DNA from: Candidatus Kaelpia imicola
Lineage (GTDB): Bacteria > Omnitrophota > Gorgyraeia > Kaelpiales > Kaelpiaceae
NCBI GenBank assembly: GCA_030765505.1
Contig: JAVCCL010000032.1
Coordinates: 34,807-98,806 of the forward strand
Direction of reading: 5' to 3'
Length of the DNA: 64,000 bases
In this document: piece by piece, positions 11,801 through 19,515 of the stretch
How the letters are laid out: each line of letters starts with the position of its first letter
Position numbering within the stretch: the first letter of the stretch is position 1
Position numbers and translations under genes: made by a program
Notes under the pieces: model-generated
Databases searched by the model: none
The model's input: the letters and a program-made list of their open reading frames with translations, nothing else
Told to the model about the DNA's origin: nothing

Positions 11801-12992
11801 TGGAGAGGGAGGGAGATTTATTATTTTCTGTTCACCAAATATTGGACAAGAGTTTAATGTTGGCGACTCAGATCAAGTATTGTATGAAATGAAAGGAGAG
11901 TGGGGTTCAATATATCGCAATCTTCATGTTGTTGCTGATGGATTAATGGCATTATGGCTTACACAGCAGATTATTGGAAGAGCAAAACGTGGAGGGCGAC
12001 CAGGGACTGCTGCAGTATTTTTCTCTACCGATTTTGTCAATGATCCAATTTGGCAGCAATATCAAAAATTGTTCATAGCTCATCCGGAATGGTGGGAAAC
12101 AATTGAATCAAGTGTTGTAAGATTGTCTGATTCAATTGGTGACGCAAGGATGAATGAATTTAGTTTTTTAGATGCACGTATTCAAGAAATTCAAGGTATT
12201 CATGTTCAATCAGTTCTTGGAACTTTGATGAATGTGATGGAGCAATACAAACCACTATATGAATTTCAGGTTGATTTTATACGGGGATTGGGTGAAAGAA
12301 TTAATGGCAATCTAACCCAAGAACAACAGCAGAAAATTCAGGAAATTCAGGAAATTCAAGAATCTAAGAATTTTACTGCCGAAGATAAAGAAGATTTAAT
12401 AGGGCAAATACATGCAAGGAATAATCCACATCAAGTGTTTAAAGAATTTAGAATATTTGAAACGCTAGGTGGAATAACAGTCGATAACTTAAAAGGCTGG
12501 ATTCAAAATGACTCTCTCTATTGTAGCGAAGAAACAAAAATTCAATTAATACAAACTTTAGAAAATGAGGATAATTTAATTTCTCCGCAACTGGTTTATT
12601 TAAGGTGGAGAATCTTGGATTCACCGCTATTATCAATAAATCAAAAATCCAACATTGAAGAGCTGTATACATTATTTGCAAACTCTGCAAGAAGTATTGG
12701 AAACAATAATTTGCCGGAGATTATTAATCAGTGTTTAGATGATGTAGGAAATGGAGACTTAAAAGCAATAATGTTAAAATATCTTACTCCTTCGGATCCT
12801 AATTCGCAAAATTCTCAAAGAGAGACAGCAACGAGTAGAGTTGTTCCTACATATAAATCAATGGTGTTGAATAATTTTGGTGGCGAACAAGCTGCTGTTC
12901 ATTATGGAATTAAGAGTGATTTTAATGACTGGCTCTTAGAAGAAGCAGCTGATATATATGAAATTTTAGTTATTTTGGATTTGGTGAACTGA
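5784..12992 (+). CDS. giant multidomain protein (2402 aa) with embedded SecA-like DEAD-box translocase motor
   Basis: 7.2-kb ORF; TTG at 5784 or, more likely, ATG at 5790 overlaps the upstream stop. It has an N-terminal TM helix ([17 protein letters not shown]), a ~900-aa acidic region, a central Gly-rich hydrophobic module ([28 protein letters not shown]...) and a poly-Ser/acidic linker. A SecA-like core follows. Its NBD1 motifs are STGEGKTY (Walker A), [17 protein letters not shown] and [26 protein letters not shown] (Walker B/DEVD). NBD2 matches are LSGTVD (compare MTGTAA), [11 protein letters not shown] (compare NMAGRGTDI) and [18 protein letters not shown] (compare [18 protein letters not shown]). 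Each was aligned by eye to the genuine SecA at 51090-53963. Confidence 0.8.
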   Translation: [2402 protein letters not shown]

Positions 12993-13011
12993 TATTAAAG
13001 TAATATTTGTA

Positions 13012-15936
13012 GTGTTATGCATTTTCACTGTGCTGGTAAGTCCGGGTTGGGCAGATAATATCTCTGGTTTTAAACAAATTATTTCGGAAAGACAAAACTG
13101 GAACTATATATATAATCAGATTATTGTTGGGTTTAAACATAATAGTAGCAATAAAGAGATAGAATCTTTTATTGAAGAGTATGGGTGTGAGCTGATGGCT
13201 CCGATTGATGAGTTTAGGGTTTACGCTTTAGTCTTACCTCGAGGAGTTTATTATAGCGAAGTGAAAAGAAGCTTTCTAAATGATAAAAGAGTAAGATATG
13301 TTTTACCCAGTTACTATATGCATGCGCAAAGCATGTCTGACTTAGAAGGCGTAGTAAAAAGAGCACGAGATGAAAACGAGAGTAGTTTAAATGAAATAGG
13401 ATTTTTACAAGCACAAGAGTATATGCAATTGTACAGTTCACTATTGCCTGAAAGTGGCGGTGTTGTATTTGCTCTTCTTGATAGCTCTGGTCTTCATCCA
13501 GAATTGATTCAACAGTTGAATGATGCAGGAATATATCGCAATGGAGTTTGTTTCCAAAGGAGTGTTGATAATAGTGTAAATGTGGTTAACAATATTGAAG
13601 AATATACAAATGGCCATGGTACTCAAGTTGCTACATTACTCAGCACTTTAGGAGAAGGTTCTGAAATTATGCACATACAGTTCGATGGTGGATTAGGAAC
13701 ATTTATCGAGGGGATTAAATATGCTATCAGAGAGACTAGAGATAATAAAGAGCGATTGATTATAAATTCTAGTATGAGCATTTCTTTAGAATCTTTTAGT
13801 TATGATACAATGAAGTTTTTATTAAGAGATTATTATTTAGCTCAATCAATTGAAGAAGCAAGAATCGATGGTCAGGATGATAAAGCAATATATGATAGCT
13901 ATATTGATTATCGTAATGAGGCTCGAATCAAATCTTATGGTATTGTTGACGAGATTTTTACAATGGTTGATTCTGGAATAATTAATAATTTTCAGAATTG
14001 GGATGAAAGTGATTGGGCAATTGTTAGAGAGAAGTTTTCTTTGTTTGACGAAGAGATAAGTTTACTTAAATATGCTGAACATGTTGCAAGACGCGATTTC
14101 CAGTATTTTGTAAAAAGTCCTCTTTATGAAGATTTTGAAGAATTTTCTCAACATGCAATTATTGTTTCTGCAGCTGGTAATTGTAATGATTCAGGCATGG
14201 CTTTACCTTCGAGTTATCCTGGAGTAATTGGGGTTGGGGCAAGCTATAATGATAATATTGCAAGTTATTCTCGCTATGGCAATGCGGTAGATTTATATGC
14301 TCCAGGAGGGTATGCCTATGGAGATGTTTGGACTTACGACATTCAGGACGGTAGTTTAATTGAAACTAAATCTAAGAGAGGAACATCCCTTGCAGCACCT
14401 TTTGTTACTGCAATGGTTGGCTTAATTTGGAATGAAAATCCAGATTTAACCCCAGCAGAAATGAGTAATATTATTATTGCAAGTTCTTGTAATATATTTG
14501 ATAGTAATTTGGAGATTTATTTTAAACAAATAGATGGGCAGCAAGCAGCTATTCTTGCTTGCGCATATTCTTCTATAAAAGATGTCATAGCATTAATTGA
14601 TGATTATACTTCCGATGAATTTGATTTATTGGAACAGATAAATCAAAATTTAATTTTTAGTCAAAAATTGATTTCAGAACAAGTTGAAAATAGGCTATTA
14701 AACGATATAGATCTTTTTATTTCGGGGGTGCTTACAGCGAAAGAGCTTGAGGTGAATTTTCTCACTCAGCTATGGAATTTGGAGTCAGATGTTGGCATAC
14801 GGGTAGCATCGGGATTAGCTATAAATTATCTTCAGGATGATAGAATTTTAAAATCTGTGCTGGAAAAAAGTATTTCTGGCACTTCGACAGATATAGTACA
14901 GAAAATGTTAGATATTGTAAGCAATGAGGATAATAATTTTGATATTTTTAAAATAGAGCATGTTTTTAAGTCGTATGTAGTATTGAGCGACTTATATCAA
15001 GATTTAAAAGATTCAACCATTTCCCAAAGTTCTTTTATGCAAAGTGTGGAATTAATTTTTGGTATGCAAAATAAAATGTTCGAGAAATATATTCCTCAAT
15101 TTGTGAGTATTATTAATAGATTTATAAATGCTGAAATAGATTCAAACCAAGCTCAGCAAATGGTGTGTAATATAGCGTGGGATGTATGTACATCATTAGG
15201 GGATGAAGATTCTAAAATAGCTATAGCATTATATGTTGATAGCTTAGATGATGTGGAGTTTTTAAAGAATCTTCTTCAGCATCAGTTTCCACAATTAGAC
15301 TCAGGAATAATGGATGTTATTATTCAAGAGTCTTTATTTGAATGTAGAGATACAGACTCTTTAACGTTGCATGTATTTGATGTAGCAAATACATTAAACT
15401 ACTTAAATGAAATGTTTACTGCTATTGAGAAATTTGATTTAGAGTGGAATAATGAAATAGATTATTCGGTAGATTATTTAAAGCTAAGTGATTTGGGTAA
15501 TTGGGAAGACTGGAGTAAATTTTTAGACCAAAATATTCAGCGGAAAGAGTACATGGAAAACTTAGAAGTCTATCAAGATGTAGAATTTTTTTATACAGGT
15601 TTAGTAGAAAATTTATGTTCAATTTTTTTGGAACAAAAAATAATATCTTCAGAGTTTCAGGATGCAATTAATGCTCATATTTGGGATTTTGTAAATGGAG
15701 ATATAGATATTATTGCTGCTCAAGGAAATATTTTGGATAGCATTGAACAGGAAGCAGAATTACCTCAAATTTTATTAGGTACAAGTATTATACGTAGCAT
15801 TAGGTGGGATGAAGTGGATAATATTAGCGTTCCAACGATAGAAACAAACACCTCTCTTACTGTTCCAGGAGTAGATACAGCTGTAATTGATCAGCAGTTT
15901 GGAAATATTGAATTTGATTTTAATCAATTTTTGTAA
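13012..15936 (+). CDS. subtilisin-like serine peptidase (S8 family) with ~500-aa C-terminal extension
   Basis: GTG start. Short N-terminal signal-like segment (LCIFTVLVSPGWA). Asp region VVFALLDSSG, His motif NGHGTQVATLL and Ser motif KRGTSLAAPFVTAM form a subtilase catalytic triad in canonical order. A long extension of unknown function follows. Confidence 0.75.
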   Translation: MLCIFTVLVSPGWADNISGFKQIISERQNWNYIYNQIIVGFKHNSSNKEIESFIEEYGCELMAPIDEFRVYALVLPRGVYYSEVKRSFLNDKRVRYVLPSYYMHAQSMSDLEGVVKRARDENESSLNEIGFLQAQEYMQLYSSLLPESGGVVFALLDSSGLHPELIQQLNDAGIYRNGVCFQRSVDNSVNVVNNIEEYTNGHGTQVATLLSTLGEGSEIMHIQFDGGLGTFIEGIKYAIRETRDNKERLIINSSMSISLESFSYDTMKFLLRDYYLAQSIEEARIDGQDDKAIYDSYIDYRNEARIKSYGIVDEIFTMVDSGIINNFQNWDESDWAIVREKFSLFDEEISLLKYAEHVARRDFQYFVKSPLYEDFEEFSQHAIIVSAAGNCNDSGMALPSSYPGVIGVGASYNDNIASYSRYGNAVDLYAPGGYAYGDVWTYDIQDGSLIETKSKRGTSLAAPFVTAMVGLIWNENPDLTPAEMSNIIIASSCNIFDSNLEIYFKQIDGQQAAILACAYSSIKDVIALIDDYTSDEFDLLEQINQNLIFSQKLISEQVENRLLNDIDLFISGVLTAKELEVNFLTQLWNLESDVGIRVASGLAINYLQDDRILKSVLEKSISGTSTDIVQKMLDIVSNEDNNFDIFKIEHVFKSYVVLSDLYQDLKDSTISQSSFMQSVELIFGMQNKMFEKYIPQFVSIINRFINAEIDSNQAQQMVCNIAWDVCTSLGDEDSKIAIALYVDSLDDVEFLKNLLQHQFPQLDSGIMDVIIQESLFECRDTDSLTLHVFDVANTLNYLNEMFTAIEKFDLEWNNEIDYSVDYLKLSDLGNWEDWSKFLDQNIQRKEYMENLEVYQDVEFFYTGLVENLCSIFLEQKIISSEFQDAINAHIWDFVNGDIDIIAAQGNILDSIEQEAELPQILLGTSIIRSIRWDEVDNISVPTIETNTSLTVPGVDTAVIDQQFGNIEFDFNQFL

Positions 15937-15950
15937 TTTAATTAATATGT

Positions 15951-17489
15951 ATGAAAGTATTGAGTAAAAGAAATATTATTTATTACGTAGGTTGTTTTTT
16001 AAGTATTTCCTTATTGTTTTGTTGCTTTTTTTTATCATATTCAGAAGGTAATGAGTTTAGTCAAGATAAATTAATCTCAGCTGTTTTGATTTTGACAGAA
16101 CAATGGGGTAGCTTGCTAGACAAAGAGCAACTAATAGAAGATATTGAAAAACTAACACCTTTAAAGGCGAAGGCTTCTAAAGAAAGTTTTATTGTAAATA
16201 TTGTCAGAGCTGTGCGGAAACAGGGAGTTTTTTTAGAAGCGTTTGCTTTAGAGTCTAAAGATATAACGAAACTTAAAGAAAATAAAACAGCGTTTATATC
16301 TTTACTCAAAAATGGAGATTTATGTTATGTTGTTAAAAATATAGAGATTAAAAATAATAAAGCTGTATTTAGTTGTATTTTGCCCGATAGAAAGGAAATT
16401 TTTATAGATGAACGTGATTTTTTTTCTTGTTGGGAAGGTATGGTTATTTCAAAACCGCTTGTTAATATTAAAGCAAAAAGATTACTGAATAAGGAGGGGG
16501 ATAATAAATTTGTTGCTCTTTATTTTTATCATTCAGGTGAAGATTTTAACTTATTGCGTAAAGTTTTAGAAAAATTAAAAGAAGAGGCGGAAAGGACAAA
16601 TAAGAAACTTATTTACATTGATGAATTAGGCTTAATTCCAGAAAGGTCTATTGAATCTTATATGAAGGTAAATCAAATTGGAGAAAAAGAGGCTTTTGAG
16701 CTAATTAAGAAGATGTTAAATGAAGATATATCTAATGTTGGAAAAGGAGTTGCTATTTTAGGTGAAACCAATCCATTCTATAGACAGCTTTATCAATATT
16801 TAGCAAAGAATAAGATTGAATCATACATGGAAGACTTGCGATATGATGCATGGAAAAAGATAGTTGTTTTTGACAGCATGGAATATTATAGCAAGGCTAT
16901 CAATTACTTTTTTTTCAACAATATTGATAAGTATATTAAATCTATAGAAAGATTTATTGAGGGATATTGGGAGTATAATATTAAAAGAAGAGATGATGAT
17001 TTTAGAAGTCAAATAAAAAAGATAGTCGCAAAACACCCCAACTCTCTCATTTTTACAATTAGGGGAATTGGGCATTATGGAATGGATAACGATATTAACT
17101 TAGATAATTTAGCAGTGGAAACTTTAGTATTTGGTCGTGGAATATTTGAAGATAATCTGTTGCACTCTCAGATGTATTATATATTGCTTTCGAATGATAT
17201 TGTTATGAAAGAGAACGATAAAAAGCTTGCTATTCTTAAAACATACTTCGAAGATACTTTACGAGCATATTTTGTAAAAAAAGGATTAAATATTCCTGAG
17301 GCGACACAGTTAGTATGCAAAATATCAAAACGGTTGAAAGAAAAAAATGTTTTAAAATTTTCACAAGCAATTTACTATGCTGTGATTAAACAACCGGAGC
17401 AATTGCAGGAAATGTGGGGTTTTACTTACAATTGGTTTAAAAATCAAGGTTTTATCAAAGAGGAAGATCTTAAAGTATTCCAGAATTAA
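15951..17489 (+). CDS. membrane protein with degenerate papain/C39-like domain (catalytic Cys/His not conserved)
   Basis: N-terminal TM (IIYYVGCFLSISLLFCCFFLSY). The segment ...NGDLCYVVKNIEIKNNKAVFSCILPDRKEIFIDERDFFSCWEGMVISKP has the spacing of the C39 His-box (HfvVl...DP..G...F...W.G), but with D in place of His and no N-terminal Cys box. Low-confidence fold assignment. Confidence 0.55.
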   Translation: MKVLSKRNIIYYVGCFLSISLLFCCFFLSYSEGNEFSQDKLISAVLILTEQWGSLLDKEQLIEDIEKLTPLKAKASKESFIVNIVRAVRKQGVFLEAFALESKDITKLKENKTAFISLLKNGDLCYVVKNIEIKNNKAVFSCILPDRKEIFIDERDFFSCWEGMVISKPLVNIKAKRLLNKEGDNKFVALYFYHSGEDFNLLRKVLEKLKEEAERTNKKLIYIDELGLIPERSIESYMKVNQIGEKEAFELIKKMLNEDISNVGKGVAILGETNPFYRQLYQYLAKNKIESYMEDLRYDAWKKIVVFDSMEYYSKAINYFFFNNIDKYIKSIERFIEGYWEYNIKRRDDDFRSQIKKIVAKHPNSLIFTIRGIGHYGMDNDINLDNLAVETLVFGRGIFEDNLLHSQMYYILLSNDIVMKENDKKLAILKTYFEDTLRAYFVKKGLNIPEATQLVCKISKRLKEKNVLKFSQAIYYAVIKQPEQLQEMWGFTYNWFKNQGFIKEEDLKVFQN

Positions 17490-17586
17490 GCCTGCGATTA
17501 TTCGATTTGTTTTTATCCCGTCTTTTATATTTAAAAACATTCTATTTTTTCAATTTAATGGTATAATTACTTATACGGAGGAAGGG

Positions 17587-19296
17587 GTGAAAACAGAGAA
17601 GATTGTACTGTTTGTTCTAGTTTTTTTATCCCTGTTGCTTTTAAATATTTCATATGCAATAGAAGATTTAGAAAATTCAGGGATGTCTATATTAGGGGTA
17701 TATCCTGTCCAATGTCAATCTTATACCGTTTGGAACATTAACACATCTATCCAATCTTTTTCAATGCTTCCTATATTCAATTTAGAAGAGTTAAGCGATG
17801 ATTTCAAGTCCAACATAGATCTTAGTGGTGTATCTTTTTCTAATATAGAGGTTGAAAGTAATTTCAGTCCATATTGTTTTGATAATATTGTTGAATTGCC
17901 TGATATCGAAATAGAAGAGATTGTTGTTGAGTTACCTATTTCAGTAGAAGTTATAGATGAGGGAAATAAAGTATTTAAGCTTATCTTGGGCAATAAAGAG
18001 AGAAGCAGTATAAGTTTTATGGTTAAAGATGATGGTTTCTATGATTTAGAGGGTGAGTTTAAAGATACTTTCCTTGAGTTTGAATGGGCTAATGAACGCT
18101 TTAAAATAACTGTTTGTGATTCTGAAGAGAGCCTAGGGATATCAATTAAACCTTTAAATAGTGAGGTATACCCCAGGATATACTATAAGAAAGAGTTTAA
18201 TCTTGGGGTGTTTGATGGAGAGTACTCGTTGGGTTTTGTGAATCATAAACCTTATCTTGATATTATTTTAAAAGATTCAGATCAGGAGATTTTATCGGTT
18301 GATTTAGATCAAGATGAGCTATCTTTAAAGCTTAATATGAATCTTCCAATGTCTTTTGAGGATAGCATATCTTTAAGCTCCGACTCTTTTAAGATCGAAG
18401 ATGGAAATATTGATGGAAATATTGAAATTACATTAAATGAAGATGAGCAGAAGGTTGTGTTAAGAATAGGAGAGGGCGGTTACTTTGAGATAACTCAAAA
18501 TGGTAGCATGCGGGAGATAATAGATAAATTCTATACTGAGATTGCAGTTGATTTACAAAAGATGGTCGTACAGTTAGCAGAAGACGATGATAGTCTTGAC
18601 CCTAATATGACGGTAGATGATATAAGAGAGGTTTTATGGGAGGCAACAGGGGATGATTTAGAAGGTATGTTTGAAATAGTTCAGGATGCAAATGAGCAGA
18701 GACAGGGATTAGTAGTTCCAGGCGAAGTACGTCTATATTTGGATTTATCTAGTAATAATAGTCAAAAAAACGCTGAGCTTACATTTCCACTAATAGAGGA
18801 TAGCCTAGCCTTAAAGATGGGCTTAGAACCAGATGCTATTCAGATTAATTGTCTTGCTGATATATCAAGTATCTCAACTGCATCTACAGCTGAAGTTGGT
18901 TATAATAGTGATGGTCTAGTTCTATTTAAGCTTGCTGATTTAGCGGCGCTATCTTTAGTTAAGTTAGGAGTATCCCTTGATGGAAATATTGAATCTGTAG
19001 CTTTTAGAGTTAAAAATATCGAGGGTGATATCAACAGGGAAGGGTTTGAGGTAAGGAGTGTAGAAGATAGCTTACTTGGTTCATCAGCCTTGGATATTCT
19101 TCTTAGAGGATTGGAAGTTCAAGATAGTTCTACCAACTGGTGTTTTGGTTATGATTTTGAAGACGATTTATATCTAGGTTTTGGTATACCACTTAGTGAA
19201 GAAGTTAAGATTAGAGGCAGGATAAATAATCAAGGTTTAAGTTTTAAAACGCAGATATCTTTTATGGGGGGGGGGAATTCTAACAATAGAAAGTGA
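17587..19296 (+). CDS. secreted acidic hypothetical protein (569 aa)
   Basis: RBS GGAGGAAGGGG precedes a GTG start. Signal peptide IVLFVLVFLSLLLLNISYAIED. D/E-rich. Contains a G10 homopolymer 25 nt before the stop. Confidence 0.6.
   Translation: MKTEKIVLFVLVFLSLLLLNISYAIEDLENSGMSILGVYPVQCQSYTVWNINTSIQSFSMLPIFNLEELSDDFKSNIDLSGVSFSNIEVESNFSPYCFDNIVELPDIEIEEIVVELPISVEVIDEGNKVFKLILGNKERSSISFMVKDDGFYDLEGEFKDTFLEFEWANERFKITVCDSEESLGISIKPLNSEVYPRIYYKKEFNLGVFDGEYSLGFVNHKPYLDIILKDSDQEILSVDLDQDELSLKLNMNLPMSFEDSISLSSDSFKIEDGNIDGNIEITLNEDEQKVVLRIGEGGYFEITQNGSMREIIDKFYTEIAVDLQKMVVQLAEDDDSLDPNMTVDDIREVLWEATGDDLEGMFEIVQDANEQRQGLVVPGEVRLYLDLSSNNSQKNAELTFPLIEDSLALKMGLEPDAIQINCLADISSISTASTAEVGYNSDGLVLFKLADLAALSLVKLGVSLDGNIESVAFRVKNIEGDINREGFEVRSVEDSLLGSSALDILLRGLEVQDSSTNWCFGYDFEDDLYLGFGIPLSEEVKIRGRINNQGLSFKTQISFMGGGNSNNRK
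19266..19275 (+). repeat. G10 homopolymeric tract inside the 3' end of a CDS
   Basis: atgGGGGGGGGGGaattc, encoding MGGGNS near the C-terminus of the 17587-19296 gene. Extreme outlier for an AT-rich genome. Confidence 0.8.
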
Positions 19297-19515
19297 TGGT
19301 AGTTTTGAATATAAGATAAAGAGAGAGAATATAGATTTTAGATTTATTATTGATAATGAATAATAGACTTATTGTAACTCAATATTCATCAGGTATTTAT
19401 TTTTACCCCCATAATTTTTAAAAGTAGTGATAAAATTTGACAGCCCCTACTTTATATGGTACAAATATATTAGGTAAGAAAAGATGGTAGAACAGAAATT
19501 AAGTTTACATAAGGG

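Noticed and set aside
12338-12365. 3 x 9-bp tandem repeat caggaaatt (possible repeat or CRISPR-like element)
   Set aside because: It is in-frame coding sequence (QEIQEIQE) within the giant protein's C-terminal helical region. There is no spacer architecture, and no CRISPR array is present anywhere in the window.
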